From assembly GCA_001797615.1 (NCBI GenBank), contig MGPV01000029.1, positions 30,583 through 94,582 of the forward strand: a stretch of DNA of 64,000 bases, written 5' to 3'. The position numbers and the translations under genes are program-made. Below, one piece after another: positions 15,501 to 27,783 of this stretch (the first letter of the stretch is position 1; each line of letters opens with the position of its first letter). Below the pieces are notes generated by a model. That model did no database searches and was not told the DNA's origin. It worked only from the letters and a program-made list of their open reading frames with translations. This DNA comes from Deltaproteobacteria bacterium GWC2_65_14 (GTDB lineage: Bacteria; Desulfobacterota; Deferrimicrobia; Deferrimicrobiales; Deferrimicrobiaceae).

Positions 15501-16043
15501 TTGTACATCCGTGTGACCGAAATCCCCCGGGAAGGGCTGGACGTGCCCGGAACGCGGGGAAACGCCTGGGTCGGGCATCTGCTCGAGGGGATGGACTCGT
15601 CCCCCCTGACCGGCTGCAAGGTTCTCTCGGCCACCCTCTTCCTTTCGCTCGAGGGGAGGGAGCTGGAGACGAACGGCTCCTTCGTGGCCGAGGGGGAGTG
15701 CCCCTGCGACCGGTGCTCGGAGCCGGTGAAGGTGCGGATGGAGAGGGAGTTCCGGACCCGGTTCGTCCCGAGCGACCGGGGCCCGGCGGGGTCGGGGGAA
15801 CTGGAGCTCATGCCCGACGACCTCGATCTCGGGTTCTACGACGGCGCCGGGATCGAGGTGAACGATATTTTCCGGGAACAGGTCGTCCTCGCAATCCCGG
15901 CGAAGGTTCTCTGCCGGGAGGAGTGCCGGGGACTGTGTCCCAGCTGCGGGGCGGACCGGAACCGGGAACCGTGCGACTGCCCGGAGGAACCCGGGCGGAA
16001 ACCATTCGACGTGCTGAAGACCCTGTTGCAGGAAAAGGAGTAG
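15501..16043 (+). CDS. yceD: YceD/DUF177 family protein (large-subunit rRNA accumulation protein)
   Basis: 180 aa with paired CxxC motifs (CPCDRC…CPSCG…CDC). It is in the conserved position upstream of rpmF-plsX. Confidence 0.8.
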   Translation: MYIRVTEIPREGLDVPGTRGNAWVGHLLEGMDSSPLTGCKVLSATLFLSLEGRELETNGSFVAEGECPCDRCSEPVKVRMEREFRTRFVPSDRGPAGSGELELMPDDLDLGFYDGAGIEVNDIFREQVVLAIPAKVLCREECRGLCPSCGADRNREPCDCPEEPGRKPFDVLKTLLQEKE

Positions 16044-16046
16044 AGA

Positions 16047-16223
16047 ATGCCGAATCCGAGACGACGCGGCTCCAAGTGCCGGCGGGACAAGCGCAGGACC
16101 CACAAGAAGCTCGCCAACCCCGCGACGAGCACCTGCTCACAGTGCAAGCAGGTCAAGAGACCCCACGCGGTCTGCCCGAATTGCGGAACGTACAACGGCC
16201 GGGAAGTCATCGCCAAGGCCTGA
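16047..16223 (+). CDS. rpmF: 50S ribosomal protein L32
   Basis: 58-aa ORF missing from the track (below its size cutoff): MPNPRRRGSKCRRDKRRTHKKLANPATSTCSQCKQVKRPHAVCPNCGTYNGREVIAKA. It lies between yceD and plsX. Confidence 0.9.
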   Translation: MPNPRRRGSKCRRDKRRTHKKLANPATSTCSQCKQVKRPHAVCPNCGTYNGREVIAKA

Positions 16224-16245
16224 CGGTTTTCCGCTCCCGCATCCG

Positions 16246-17253
16246 ATGAAAATCGTGGTGGACGCCATGGGAGGGGACCGCGCCCCCCGGGAGGTGGTCC
16301 GGGGAGCGGTCCTGGCGGCGCGGGAGTACGACCTCCGTATCGTGCTGGTGGGCGTGGAGGCGCAGGTGCGGGAGGAGCTTCGCTCCGCGGGGAGTACGGA
16401 CGAGCGGATCGAGCTGGTGCACGCCCCGGAAGTCGTGGGGATGGATGACGCCCCGGGGGTTGCTCTCCGGAGGAAGAAGGAGTCCTCGATCCGGGTGGGG
16501 CTGAACCTGGTGGCGGAGGGGAAGGCGGCCTCGTTCCTGAGTGCCGGGAACACCGGCGCCGTCATGGGGGCGGCGCTGGTGGTGCTGAAGAAGATCCGGG
16601 GGGTCGACCGCCCGGGGCTCGCGGCGACGATCCCCACGCCGACCGGTCCGATCGTCCTGATCGACGCCGGGGCGAACGTCGACTGCAAGCCGGCGACCCT
16701 GGTCCAGTTCGGCTGCATGGGGGAGACCTATGCGAGGAAGATCCTGGGGATCCAGAGGCCCAGGGTCGGCCTGCTGAGCATCGGCGAGGAGGATTCGAAG
16801 GGGACCGACCTCACCCGCGAGACCTCGGTCCTGTTCCGGAAGACCGGGCTCTCGTACGTGGGGAATGTCGAGGGGCGCGACTTTTTCGCCGACCGGGCCG
16901 ACGTCTTCGTCTGCGACGGGTTCGTGGGGAACGTCGCCCTGAAGACGATGGAGGGGATGGCGGTCGCCCTGGGCCATTTCCTGAAGGAGGAGATCCTGAA
17001 GTCTCCGCTCGCGAAAGTCGGCGCCCTGCTCGCCGGGAAGGCCATCCGGGGGGTGCGCGACCGGCTCGACTATGCCGAGCATGGAGGGGCACCGCTGCTG
17101 GGAGTCCGCGGCGGGGTGGTGGTCTGCCACGGCTCCTCGGACGCCCGGGCGATGAAGAACGCGATCCGGGGCGCGGGGTCGATGCACACCTTCGGAGTGG
17201 AGGAGGAGATCGCCCGTTCGATCGCCGGGAACGGGCACGAACAGGTAGGCTGA
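16246..17253 (+). CDS. plsX: Phosphate acyltransferase PlsX
   Basis: MKIVVDAMGGDRAP… typical PlsX; conserved position. Confidence 0.93.
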   Translation: MKIVVDAMGGDRAPREVVRGAVLAAREYDLRIVLVGVEAQVREELRSAGSTDERIELVHAPEVVGMDDAPGVALRRKKESSIRVGLNLVAEGKAASFLSAGNTGAVMGAALVVLKKIRGVDRPGLAATIPTPTGPIVLIDAGANVDCKPATLVQFGCMGETYARKILGIQRPRVGLLSIGEEDSKGTDLTRETSVLFRKTGLSYVGNVEGRDFFADRADVFVCDGFVGNVALKTMEGMAVALGHFLKEEILKSPLAKVGALLAGKAIRGVRDRLDYAEHGGAPLLGVRGGVVVCHGSSDARAMKNAIRGAGSMHTFGVEEEIARSIAGNGHEQVG

Positions 17254-17274
17254 GCCGGGCAGGGGGGGGAAATC

Positions 17275-18252
17275 GTGGGATCGAAGATCATCGGGGTGGG
17301 GATGCACGCCCCGCCGAAAAAACTGACGAACGAAGACCTCGAGAAGATCATCGACACGTCCGACAGCTGGATCATCGAGCGGACGGGGATCAAGGTCCGC
17401 CGGATCGCGGAGCCGGGCGCGGCGACGTCGGACCTCTGCGTGGAGGCGGCGCGCCATGCGCTCGAGGACGCGGGGGTCGGGGCGGAGGAGCTCGATTTCA
17501 TCCTGGTGGGAACCTGCACGCCGGACATGCCGCTCCCCTCGGTTGCCTGTTTCACGCAGATGAAGATCGGCGCACGGAAGGCCTTCGCGGTCGACCTGAA
17601 CGCCGCCTGCTCGGGATTCCTCTACGCGCTCACCACGGGCGATGCGCTGATCCGGGCGGGTCAGGGGAAGACGGGGCTCGTCGTGGGCGGCGAAATCCTG
17701 TCTACGGTCACCGACTACACGGACCGGGGTACCTGCATCCTCTTCGGCGACGGCGCGGGGGCGGTCGTTCTCTCGGAATGTCCGGACGGCGAGGGGATCC
17801 TCTCCTGCCATCTCCACTCCGACGGAACTCTCTGGGAGCTGATCCACGCCCCCGGTGGGGGGACGGTGCACCCGTACTCGCCGGAGGTCGATGAGAAGTG
17901 GATGCACGCCATCCGGATGTCGGGGAACGAAGTCTACAAGCACGCGGTGACGCGGCTGGTGGAGGTTTCCCAGGAGGCGCTGCGTCACAACGGCGTGGAC
18001 ATATCGGAGGTCTCCCTGTTCGTGCCGCACCAGGCGAACAAGCGGATCTTGGACGGCGTCGCGAAGCGCCTCGGCATCTCCGAGGAGAAGGTGTTCGTGA
18101 ACGTGTCGGAGTACGGGAACACCTCGGCCGCCTCGATCCCGATCGCGCTGGCGGAGGCAAAGCAGCAGGGACGGCTCCGCGAGGGAGACCTTCTCCTGAT
18201 GGCCGCGTTCGGCGGAGGACTCACCTGGGGCTCCGCCCTCGTGCGGATGTAG
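17275..18252 (+). CDS. fabH: 3-oxoacyl-ACP synthase III
   Basis: Active-site Cys context AACSGFLYAL; conserved His/Asn region. Confidence 0.93.
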   Translation: MGSKIIGVGMHAPPKKLTNEDLEKIIDTSDSWIIERTGIKVRRIAEPGAATSDLCVEAARHALEDAGVGAEELDFILVGTCTPDMPLPSVACFTQMKIGARKAFAVDLNAACSGFLYALTTGDALIRAGQGKTGLVVGGEILSTVTDYTDRGTCILFGDGAGAVVLSECPDGEGILSCHLHSDGTLWELIHAPGGGTVHPYSPEVDEKWMHAIRMSGNEVYKHAVTRLVEVSQEALRHNGVDISEVSLFVPHQANKRILDGVAKRLGISEEKVFVNVSEYGNTSAASIPIALAEAKQQGRLREGDLLLMAAFGGGLTWGSALVRM

Positions 18253-18286
18253 GAACAGGGCTTCGGAGAACAAAAGGATATCGCGC

Positions 18287-19246
18287 ATGGGCGACCGCCC
18301 CGCCATCGGACTGCTCTTCCCCGGCCAGGCCTCCCAGTTCCCGGGAATGGGTAAGGAGCTGCACGACGCCTACCCGGCCGCCCGGCAGGTCTTCGAGGAG
18401 GCCTCCGCCGCGCTGGGGCAGGATATCGCGGCGCTCTGCTTCCGGGGCACGGAGGAGGAGCTGCGCCTCACGGAGAACACCCAGCCCTGCATCTTCACGG
18501 TGAGCGTCGCCGCCTTCCGGGTGCTCGAGCGGGAGGCCGGGATCGAGCCGCTCTGCGCCGCCGGCCACTCGCTGGGCGAATACTCCGCGCTGGTCGCCTC
18601 GGGGGCGATGCCGCTCGCGGAAGGGGTGCGGATCCTTCGGAACCGGGGGCGGTACATGCAGGGGGCGGTGCCGGTCGGGAGGGGGGCGATGGCGGCGCTG
18701 ATGGGGCTGTCGCTGGAGGCGGTCGAGACGGTCTGCCGGGAGTCGTCCGCCCACGGGGTGGTCGAGCCGGCGAACCTGAACGGGGGAGATCAGATCGTGA
18801 TCTCCGGAAGCGCGGAAGGGGTGGCCGCCGCCTGCCAGGCGGCCAGGGCCGCCGGGGCGAAGCGGGCCGTGCTCCTCCCGGTGAGCGCCCCGTTCCACTG
18901 CTCCCTCATGAAGCCGGCGGCCGACCGTCTCTCCCCGGAGCTGGCCGCGATATCCTGGAGCGCGCTTCGGTTCCCGGTCGTCGCGAACGCCAGCGGATCC
19001 TCCTACCCCTCGGAGCGGGAGGCGGCCGGGATCCTGGTGCGCCAGATCGTCTCCCCCGTCCGCTGGGAGGAATGCGTCCGCCGGATGCGCGCGATGGGGG
19101 CGAAGGCCTTCCTGGAGGTCGGCCCGGGGAAGGTCCTCTCGGGGCTGCTTAGACGGATCGACCGGGAGGCCCCGGCGGCCGCCTTCTGCGCGCCTCAGGA
19201 ACTGGAGGCCGTCCGCGCGCTGGCGGGCGGTTTTTTTCTCTTGTAG
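18287..19246 (+). CDS. fabD: Malonyl-CoA:ACP transacylase
   Basis: GHSLGEYSALV active-site motif. Confidence 0.93.
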   Translation: MGDRPAIGLLFPGQASQFPGMGKELHDAYPAARQVFEEASAALGQDIAALCFRGTEEELRLTENTQPCIFTVSVAAFRVLEREAGIEPLCAAGHSLGEYSALVASGAMPLAEGVRILRNRGRYMQGAVPVGRGAMAALMGLSLEAVETVCRESSAHGVVEPANLNGGDQIVISGSAEGVAAACQAARAAGAKRAVLLPVSAPFHCSLMKPAADRLSPELAAISWSALRFPVVANASGSSYPSEREAAGILVRQIVSPVRWEECVRRMRAMGAKAFLEVGPGKVLSGLLRRIDREAPAAAFCAPQELEAVRALAGGFFLL

Positions 19247-19290
19247 GTTCCGGCACGGCAGGGGTAGAACCATCGGAAAGGGGGAACGGG

Positions 19291-20299
<1,009 letters not shown>

Positions 20300-20349
20300 C
20301 GCTGCCGGCGGAGGAAAGGAACGCCGGTCGGGCTGCACGGAGGTTGCGG

Positions 20350-21588
20350 ATGCGCAGGGTTGTCGTCACGGGGTTGGGAATGGTCACGCCGCTGGGCGTC
20401 GGCACGGGGCCGACGTGGGAGGCGATCCTCGCCGGGAAATCGGGGGTCGGTCCGATCACGAGGTTCGACGCCTCGCAGTTCCCGACCACGATCGCCGCGG
20501 AGATCAAGGGGTTCGTCCCCGAGGACTTCGTCGACCGCAAGGAGATCAAGCGGATGGATCGCTTCATCCACCTGGCGATGGCGTCCGCGCATCTGGCCAT
20601 GGAGGACGCCGGGCTTTCCATCGACGGGGAGCTGGCTCCCAGGGCCGGCGTCTTCATGGGAAGCGGTCTCGGCGGGCTCTCGACGCTCGAGCGGTACCAC
20701 CAGGCCTACCTCGAGGAGGGGGTGCGAAAAATCAGCCCCTTCTTCATCCCGATGCTGATCTCCAACCTTGCCCCTGGGCACATCGCGATCAGGTACGGCG
20801 CCAAGGGGCCGAACATCACGACCACCACCGCCTGCGCCGCCTCCAGCCATGCCGTCGGGGAGGCGCTCATGACGATCCGGCGGGGGGTCTGCGACGTGGT
20901 GATCGCCGGAGGATCCGAGGCGACGATCACTCCGATGGGGCTGGGGGGGTTCTGCGCCATGAAGGCCCTTTCCTCCCGCAACGGCGAGCCGGAGAAGGCC
21001 TCGCGTCCCTTCGACAAGGACCGGGACGGCTTCGTCATGGGGGAGGGGGCGGCGATCCTGATCCTGGAGGAGCTCGAGTTCGCCCGGAAACGGGGGGCGA
21101 AGATCTACGCCGAGCTCTCCGGCTACGGTGCCTCGGGGGACGCGCACCATGTCACGGCCCCGCCGCCGGGCGGGGAGGGGGCCGTCCGGTGCATGCGGGC
21201 GGCGCTCGAGGATGCGCGGGTGAGGGCGGAGGAGGTCGAGTATATCAACGCCCACGGCACCTCCACTCCGTACAACGACCAGTTCGAGACGATGGCGATC
21301 AAGACGGTGTTCGGGGAGCGTGCGCGAAACCTCATGGTGAGCTCCACGAAGTCGATGACGGGACACCTGCTGGGGGCCGCCGGCGCGATCGAGGGGGCCT
21401 TCTGCGTGCTCGCGCTGCGCGACGGGGTGATCCCTCCCACGATCAACTACACCACGCCCGATCCGGAGTGCGACCTGGACTACGTTCCCAACGCGGCCCG
21501 GAGGAAGGAGATCCGGTACGCCCTGTCGAACTCCTTCGGGTTCGGCGGCACGAACTCCTGCCTTCTCTTCGGGCGGTTTTCCGGGTAG
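20350..21588 (+). CDS. fabF: 3-oxoacyl-ACP synthase II
   Basis: KAS II with Cys-His-His regions (TACAASSHA…, HGTST, GHLLGAAG). The track starts at TTG 20344. The ATG at 20350 is the likely start. Confidence 0.92.
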   Translation: MRRVVVTGLGMVTPLGVGTGPTWEAILAGKSGVGPITRFDASQFPTTIAAEIKGFVPEDFVDRKEIKRMDRFIHLAMASAHLAMEDAGLSIDGELAPRAGVFMGSGLGGLSTLERYHQAYLEEGVRKISPFFIPMLISNLAPGHIAIRYGAKGPNITTTTACAASSHAVGEALMTIRRGVCDVVIAGGSEATITPMGLGGFCAMKALSSRNGEPEKASRPFDKDRDGFVMGEGAAILILEELEFARKRGAKIYAELSGYGASGDAHHVTAPPPGGEGAVRCMRAALEDARVRAEEVEYINAHGTSTPYNDQFETMAIKTVFGERARNLMVSSTKSMTGHLLGAAGAIEGAFCVLALRDGVIPPTINYTTPDPECDLDYVPNAARRKEIRYALSNSFGFGGTNSCLLFGRFSG

Positions 21589-21592
21589 CCGC

Positions 21593-22090
21593 ATGACGAA
21601 GGACCTCTACCCCGTCGCCGTAGCCTCCGACCATGCGGGGGTGGAGATGAAGGCGGGGATCCTGCGGGAGCTGGCGGAGTCGGGCTACCCGGTCGAGGAC
21701 CTGGGTCCCGGAGACGGGTGCGCCGTGGACTACCCGGATTACGGGGAGGCGGTCGCGGAGCGGGTCGCCTCGGGGGCGGTCCGGCTGGGAATCCTGGTCT
21801 GCGGAACCGGGGTCGGGATGTCGATCGCCGCGAACAAGGTCCCCGGGGTGCGAGCCGCCCTCCTCTACGACGACACGACCGCCCGGTATGCGCGCCGGCA
21901 CAACGACGCGAACGTGGTGGTCTTCGGGGCGAGGACCATGCGGCCCGAGGAGGTCCTGTCGCGGCTCCGCCTGTTTCTTTCTGAGACGTTCGACGGGGGG
22001 CGCCACGAGGGTCGGCTTTCCAAGATCCGCAGCATAGAGCAACGCCGGGGAGCGCCGGCCGTGGAAGGAGCCATCGGATGTCCCACCTGA
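21593..22090 (+). CDS. rpiB: Ribose-5-phosphate isomerase B
   Basis: VAVASDHAG…[16 protein letters not shown], typical RpiB/LacAB. Confidence 0.85.
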   Translation: MTKDLYPVAVASDHAGVEMKAGILRELAESGYPVEDLGPGDGCAVDYPDYGEAVAERVASGAVRLGILVCGTGVGMSIAANKVPGVRAALLYDDTTARYARRHNDANVVVFGARTMRPEEVLSRLRLFLSETFDGGRHEGRLSKIRSIEQRRGAPAVEGAIGCPT

Positions 22091-23340
22091 AGGCGGTCGA
22101 TCCCGAGATCTACGAGGCGATCCGGAAGGAGACGGAGCGCCAGGCCCACACGCTGGAGCTGATCGCCTCCGAGAACTTCGTGAGCGAGGCGGTGCTGGAG
22201 GCCACCGGCTCCGTGCTGACGAACAAGTATGCCGAGGGGTACCCCGGGAAGCGGTACTACGGCGGCTGCGAGTTCGTCGACCGGGCCGAGTCGCTGGCGA
22301 TCGAGCGGGCGAAGCAGATCTTCGGGGCCGAGCATGCGAACGTCCAGCCCCACTCCGGCTCCCAGGCGAACATGGCGGTCTACCTCTCCGTGATGAGCCC
22401 CGGCGACACGATGCTGGGGATGAACCTCTCCCACGGGGGGCACCTGACCCACGGCAGCCCGGTGAACTTCTCCGGGAAGCTTTTCCAGGTGGTGGCCTAC
22501 GGGGTCCGGCCGGACACCGAGAGGATCGATTTCGACCAGGTCCGGGAACTCGCGCTCAAGCACCGCCCGAAGCTGATCGTCGTGGGAGCCTCCGCCTACC
22601 CGAGGATCATCGACTTCAAGCCCTTCCGGGAGATCGCCGACGAGTCCGGCGCGATGGTGATGGCCGACATCGCCCACGTGGCGGGGCTGGTGGCGGTCGG
22701 GCTGCACCCGAACCCGGTTCCCTACTGCGAGTTCGTCACCACCACGACGCACAAGACGCTGCGGGGTCCCCGGGCCGGGATGATCCTCTGCCGGGAGGAG
22801 ATGGCGAAGAAGCTCAACTCCTCGATCTTTCCGGGGATCCAGGGCGGACCGCTCATGCATGTCATCGCCGCCAAGGCGGTGGCGCTGAAGGAGGCGATGA
22901 CGCCGGAGTTCCGGGAGTACCAGAGGCAGATCCTCGCGAACGCCGCGGCGATGGCCCGGGCGATCGCGGCCCGGGGGTTCCGGCTGGTCTCCGGCGGGAC
23001 CGACAACCACCTGATGCTGGTGAACCTGAAAGAAACCCCGCTGACCGGAAAAGAGGGGGAGGAGGCGCTGGAGCGGGTCGGGATCACGGTGAACAAGAAC
23101 ACCGTCCCCTTCGAGACGAGGAGCCCCTTCATCACGAGCGGGGTCCGGATCGGCACCCCCGCGGTGACCACCCGCGGGATGAAGGAGCCGGAGATGGAGC
23201 GGATCGGCGCGATGATCGCGGAGATCCTCTCCTCCCCCGGGGACGCCGCGACGGAGAAGCGGGTCGCCTCCGAGGTCCGGACGCTCTGCGAGCGGTTCCC
23301 GCTCTACCCGGAACGGCTGGCTTCCCCCGCCGGGAGGTAG
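22078..23340 (+). CDS. glyA: Serine hydroxymethyltransferase
   Basis: …[15 protein letters not shown]-lysine motif; 420 aa. Confidence 0.95.
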   Translation: MSHLKAVDPEIYEAIRKETERQAHTLELIASENFVSEAVLEATGSVLTNKYAEGYPGKRYYGGCEFVDRAESLAIERAKQIFGAEHANVQPHSGSQANMAVYLSVMSPGDTMLGMNLSHGGHLTHGSPVNFSGKLFQVVAYGVRPDTERIDFDQVRELALKHRPKLIVVGASAYPRIIDFKPFREIADESGAMVMADIAHVAGLVAVGLHPNPVPYCEFVTTTTHKTLRGPRAGMILCREEMAKKLNSSIFPGIQGGPLMHVIAAKAVALKEAMTPEFREYQRQILANAAAMARAIAARGFRLVSGGTDNHLMLVNLKETPLTGKEGEEALERVGITVNKNTVPFETRSPFITSGVRIGTPAVTTRGMKEPEMERIGAMIAEILSSPGDAATEKRVASEVRTLCERFPLYPERLASPAGR

Positions 23341-23344
23341 AACG

Positions 23345-23815
23345 ATGCAGACGGGTCCCCGGGTCCGCCCCGACTGGGACACCTACTTCATGGAGATGGC
23401 GAGGCTCGCCTCCCTGCGCTCCTCCTGCCTTCGACGCGCGGTCGGCGCGGTGCTGGTCCGGGACAAGCGGCTGCTGGCCACCGGGTACAACGGCGTCCCC
23501 TCCGGCGTCACCCACTGCGAGGAGACCGGCTGTCTCCGGGAGAAGCTGGGCGTTCCCTCCGGGGAGCGGCACGAGCTCTGCCGGGGGCTGCACGCCGAGC
23601 AGAACGCCATCATCCAGGCCGCGCTCCACGGGGTGTCCACGAAGGGGGCGGTCCTCTACTGCACGAACCTTCCCTGCATCATCTGCGCGAAGATGCTGAT
23701 CAACTCCGGGGTCCGGAAGATCTACTACCTCGACGGCTACTGCGACACGCTCACCGAGCAGATGCTCTCCGAGGTCGGCCTCGACCTCGTCCGGGTGGAG
23801 AGGAGCTCCCCGTGA
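23345..23815 (+). CDS. dCMP deaminase (ComEB-like cytidine/deoxycytidylate deaminase family)
   Basis: Zinc-binding motifs HAEQNAI and PCIICAK. Confidence 0.85.
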   Translation: MQTGPRVRPDWDTYFMEMARLASLRSSCLRRAVGAVLVRDKRLLATGYNGVPSGVTHCEETGCLREKLGVPSGERHELCRGLHAEQNAIIQAALHGVSTKGAVLYCTNLPCIICAKMLINSGVRKIYYLDGYCDTLTEQMLSEVGLDLVRVERSSP

Positions 23816-24288
23816 AGTGCCCCCGGTGCGGCCACGCGGACAACAAGGTGGTCGACTCCCGGGTGGGCAAGGAGGGGGACGTGATCCGGAGGCGGCGGGA
23901 GTGCCTCTCCTGCCAGCGGAGGTTCACCACCTACGAGCGGATCGAGGAGGAGCGTCCGCTGGTCGTGAAGCGGGACGGCCGGCGGGAGCCCTTCGACCGG
24001 CAGAAGATCCTCTCGGGGATCCTGAAGGCCTGCGAGAAGCGGCCGGTGAGCTACGCCACGATCGAGCGGGTGGTGGATGGACTGGAGGCCGGATTCCAGG
24101 CCTCCGGGGAAAAGGAGATCTCCTCGATCCAGATCGGGGAGCGGGTGATGGCGGCGCTCCTCTCGCTCGACGACGTGGCCTACGTCCGGTTCGCCTCCGT
24201 CTACCGCCAGTTCAAGGACATCAGTCAGTTCGTGGAGGAGATCAAGACGCTGATCTCGGAGTCTCCCGAACGCCCGCCGAAGCCGTAG
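23812..24288 (+). CDS. nrdR: Transcriptional repressor NrdR
   Basis: [17 protein letters not shown]…[12 protein letters not shown] zinc ribbon plus ATP-cone; GTG start. Confidence 0.92.
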   Translation: MKCPRCGHADNKVVDSRVGKEGDVIRRRRECLSCQRRFTTYERIEEERPLVVKRDGRREPFDRQKILSGILKACEKRPVSYATIERVVDGLEAGFQASGEKEISSIQIGERVMAALLSLDDVAYVRFASVYRQFKDISQFVEEIKTLISESPERPPKP

Positions 24289-24292
24289 CCGG

Positions 24293-25429
24293 ATGGATTT
24301 CCCACGCCCCGAGTTCATGCGGCTCGCCCTCCGGCTGGCCCGGAAGGGGATCCCCCGGACTTCGCCGAACCCCGCCGTCGGGGCCGTCCTCGTGGGCGGA
24401 GGGAAGGTCGTGGGATCGGGATACCACCGGTCCGCCGGGATGCCCCACGCGGAGATCGAGGCGATCCGCGACGCCGGACGCCGGGCCCGCGGGGCCGACC
24501 TGTACGTCACCCTCGAGCCGTGCGCCCACACCGGGAGAACCGGCCCCTGCACGGAGGCGATCGCGGCGGCCGGGATCCGGAGGGTCGCCTCGGCGATGGA
24601 GGACCCGAACCCGCTCGTGCGGGGGAAGGGGTTCCGAGGGCTTCGGAAGGCCGGGATCCTCGTCCACTCCGGATTGCTCGAGCGCGAGGCGCGCTTCCTG
24701 AACGAGCCCTTCTGTCGCTGGATCGTCGCCGGCCGCCCCTTCGTGACGCTGAAGCTTGCCCTTTCCCTGGACGGGCAGATCGCCGCCGCGTCGGGGGGCT
24801 CCCGCTGGATCACGGGGGAAAAGGCGAGGAGGATGGTCCACCGGATGCGGGCCAAGAGCGACGCCGTCCTGGTCGGGGGAAAGACCTTCCGGGCGGACGA
24901 CCCGCTGCTGACCGCCCGGGTGCCGGGGGCCCGGGACCCGGTGCGGGTGGTGCTGACCTCGGATCTTTCCGGCGCGGCGCGGAGCCGGATGATGCGGGAA
25001 CGGGGGAGAGGCACCCTCTTCGTATGCCCCAAGGGGGTTCCCGCGCGGTCGGTCGACCGCCTGCGGGAGGGCGGCGCGCGGGTGCTCCTGCTTCCTTCCC
25101 GCAACGGGCGCGTCGGCGCGGGGGTTTTCCTTGCGGCGCTGGGGCGGGAAGGGATAACCTCGTTGTTGGTGGAAGGTGGGGGGGAGACGGCCGGATGGCT
25201 CGTGTCGGCCGGCGCCGTGGACCGGTTCGTCCTCTTCGTCGCCCCCCTGCTGTTGGGGGAAGGGGTCCGGTCGCTCGCCGGTTTCGCCGCCGCCGCTCCA
25301 GGGAAGGGGAAGCGGCTCTCGTTTACATCGGTGCGCCGGGTGGGGGAGGACCTCATGATCACGGCGGAGCCTGCGAGGCGTCCGAAAGGCGCAACGGCCC
25401 GGAAACGGGCGAGAAAGGTCGGAGGATAG
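24293..25429 (+). CDS. ribD: Bifunctional riboflavin biosynthesis deaminase/reductase RibD
   Basis: HAEIEAI…TLEPCAHTGRTGPC deaminase motif plus reductase domain. Confidence 0.9.
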   Translation: MDFPRPEFMRLALRLARKGIPRTSPNPAVGAVLVGGGKVVGSGYHRSAGMPHAEIEAIRDAGRRARGADLYVTLEPCAHTGRTGPCTEAIAAAGIRRVASAMEDPNPLVRGKGFRGLRKAGILVHSGLLEREARFLNEPFCRWIVAGRPFVTLKLALSLDGQIAAASGGSRWITGEKARRMVHRMRAKSDAVLVGGKTFRADDPLLTARVPGARDPVRVVLTSDLSGAARSRMMRERGRGTLFVCPKGVPARSVDRLREGGARVLLLPSRNGRVGAGVFLAALGREGITSLLVEGGGETAGWLVSAGAVDRFVLFVAPLLLGEGVRSLAGFAAAAPGKGKRLSFTSVRRVGEDLMITAEPARRPKGATARKRARKVGG

Positions 25430-26065
25430 ATGTTCTCGGGGATCGTGGAGGATGTGGGCACCGTCGTATCCCTGACCCGGCGGGCGGGAGGAGCCCTGCT
25501 GCGGGTGGCGACGGCGCTTCCCCTTTCCGAGGTCCGGATCGGGGACTCCGTCGCCGTATCCGGCGCCTGCATCACGGTGACCGGGAAGGAGGGGAAGGAG
25601 TTCACCGCGAATCTCTCCGCGGAGACCCTCTCCCGCACGACCTTCGGCACGTACCGGACCGGTACCCGGGTGAACCTCGAGCGGTCGCTCTCCCTTTCCG
25701 CCCGGCTGGACGGGCACCTGGTCTACGGCCATGTCGACGGGACCGGAACGGTGCGCGAAATCCGCCTTGAGGGCGATTCGCGGGTATTCCATATCCAGGC
25801 CGATCCTTCTATAATGAAATTCGTGGTATACAAAGGCGCGGTGGCCGTGGACGGCGTCAGCCTCACGGTCAGTTCCGTCCGAACGGACGGGTTCGAGGTC
25901 GCCCTGATTCCCCTGACTCTGGGGCGGACGACATGGGGGGGCATGCGCCCCGGGGGTCCGGTCAACGTGGAAACCGACATCGTCGGGAAATATGTCCTGC
26001 GGTTTCTCGAGGGCCTTGGGGACGGCGTGTCCAGGGATTTCCTGAAAAAACATGGATTCGCGTAG
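25430..26065 (+). CDS. ribE: Riboflavin synthase alpha chain
   Basis: [10 protein letters not shown]… with lumazine-binding repeats. Confidence 0.9.
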   Translation: MFSGIVEDVGTVVSLTRRAGGALLRVATALPLSEVRIGDSVAVSGACITVTGKEGKEFTANLSAETLSRTTFGTYRTGTRVNLERSLSLSARLDGHLVYGHVDGTGTVREIRLEGDSRVFHIQADPSIMKFVVYKGAVAVDGVSLTVSSVRTDGFEVALIPLTLGRTTWGGMRPGGPVNVETDIVGKYVLRFLEGLGDGVSRDFLKKHGFA

Positions 26066-26081
26066 GAAAGGGAAGAGGAGC

Positions 26082-27287
26082 ATGCCGCTGGCGGCCATCG
26101 AGGAAGCGCTCGGAGAGATCCGCGCGGGGAGGATGATCATCCTCGTCGACGACGAGGACCGGGAGAACGAGGGCGATCTGATGATCGCGGCGGAGCACAT
26201 CGCTCCCGAGGCGATCAACTTCATGACCCGGTACGGGCGGGGGCTTGTCTGCCTGAGCATCACCGAGGAGAGGGCGAGGCAGCTCCAGCTCCCCCAGATG
26301 GTGCACGAGAACTCCTCCCCCTACGGAACCGCCTTCACCGTGTCGATCGAGGCGCGCAAGGGGGTGACCACCGGGATCTCGGCCCACGACCGGGCGACGA
26401 CGATCCGGGCCGTGATCGCGGAGAAGACGCGTCCGGAGGACCTGGTGCGCCCCGGCCACGTCTTTCCGATCGTCGCGCGAAAGGGAGGGGTGCTGGTCCG
26501 GACCGGGCAGACCGAGGGGTCGGTCGACCTGGCGCGGCTGGCGGGGCTGACCCCCGCCGGCGTGATCTGCGAGATCATGAACGAGGACGGGACGATGGCG
26601 AGGATGCCCGACCTCGAGATCTTCGCGCAGGAGCACCGGCTGCGGATCGCCTCGATCCGGGACCTCGTGGAATACCGGATGCGGACGGAGCGGCTGGTCA
26701 CCCGGGTGGGGGAGACGCGGCTGCCGGTCCAGGGAGGGTACGAGTTCCGGGCGATCGCCTACCGGAACACGCTGAACGGGGAAACGCATGTCGCCCTGGT
26801 CAAGGGGGAGATCCAGCCCGACCGGCCGGTCCTCGTGCGGGTTCACTCCGAGTGCCTGACCGGCGACGTGTTCGGGTCGCTCCGGTGCGACTGCGGCGAG
26901 CAGCTCCACATCGCGCTGACGAGGATCGAGACGGAAGGGGTGGGGATCTTCCTCTACATGCGGCAGGAGGGGCGGGGGATCGGGCTGGAGAACAAGATCC
27001 GCGCCTACCGGCTCCAGGACGAGGGCTTCGACACCGTCGAGGCGAACCAGAAGCTCGGCTTCAAGCCGGATCTGCGGGACTACGGCGTGGGGGCGCAGAT
27101 CCTCGTGGACCTGGGGGTCCGGGAGATCCGCCTGCTGACGAACAACCCGAAGAAGATCATCGGCCTGGAGGGGTACGGGCTCCGGGTGGTCGAGCGGGTG
27201 CCGGTGGAGATCCCCCCGACCCGCGACAACATCGAGTACCTCAAGACCAAGAAGGCGAAACTGGGCCACATCCTGGAAGTCGACTGA
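26082..27287 (+). CDS. ribBA: Bifunctional DHBP synthase / GTP cyclohydrolase II
   Basis: [11 protein letters not shown] (RibB) and CxxC…C GTP cyclohydrolase II half. The track starts at 26052, overlapping ribE. The ATG at 26082 ([10 protein letters not shown]) is more plausible. Confidence 0.9.
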   Translation: MPLAAIEEALGEIRAGRMIILVDDEDRENEGDLMIAAEHIAPEAINFMTRYGRGLVCLSITEERARQLQLPQMVHENSSPYGTAFTVSIEARKGVTTGISAHDRATTIRAVIAEKTRPEDLVRPGHVFPIVARKGGVLVRTGQTEGSVDLARLAGLTPAGVICEIMNEDGTMARMPDLEIFAQEHRLRIASIRDLVEYRMRTERLVTRVGETRLPVQGGYEFRAIAYRNTLNGETHVALVKGEIQPDRPVLVRVHSECLTGDVFGSLRCDCGEQLHIALTRIETEGVGIFLYMRQEGRGIGLENKIRAYRLQDEGFDTVEANQKLGFKPDLRDYGVGAQILVDLGVREIRLLTNNPKKIIGLEGYGLRVVERVPVEIPPTRDNIEYLKTKKAKLGHILEVD

Positions 27288-27298
27288 GGAGGGAGACG

Positions 27299-27757
27299 GT
27301 GAGGACGATAGAGGGAGACCTGCAGGGACAGGGGCTCAAGGTGGCGGTCGTGGTTTCACGGTTCAACGGCTTCATCACGGACCGGCTCGTCGAGGGGGCG
27401 CTGGACGCCCTGCGGAGGCACGGAGTCCAGGAGAAGGACATCTCCCTCGTGAGGGTTCCGGGGTCGTTCGAGCTGCCGCTCGCGGTACGGAAGGCGGCGG
27501 CGGGCAAGGTCGACGCCGTGATCGCGCTGGGGGCCCTGATCCGGGGGGGGACCCCCCACTTCGAGTACCTGAGCGCGGAGGTCACCAAGGGGGTCGCGCA
27601 GGTGACGCTCGATTCCGGGGTGCCGGTGGCCTTCGGGGTCCTCACGACAGACACGATCGAGCAGGCGATCGAGCGGGCCGGGACCAAGTCCGGGAACAAG
27701 GGGTTCGAGGCGGCCGTGACGGCCATCGAGATGGCCCGGCTGCTGCGCCAGATGTAG
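27299..27757 (+). CDS. ribH: 6,7-dimethyl-8-ribityllumazine synthase
   Basis: GTG start after a [42 protein letters not shown]… typical RibH. It sits inside a longer track ORF (26852..27757). Confidence 0.9.
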   Translation: MRTIEGDLQGQGLKVAVVVSRFNGFITDRLVEGALDALRRHGVQEKDISLVRVPGSFELPLAVRKAAAGKVDAVIALGALIRGGTPHFEYLSAEVTKGVAQVTLDSGVPVAFGVLTTDTIEQAIERAGTKSGNKGFEAAVTAIEMARLLRQM

Positions 27758-27783
27758 CCGCGGAGGGGCGGGAGCGGACGGGA

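Noticed and set aside
20300-20343. A hairpin (CCGGCG…CGCCGG) after acpP, considered as a terminator or attenuator
   Set aside because: It has no U-tract, only a 6-bp imperfect stem, and fabF follows after 44 nt in the same operon. It is too weak to call.
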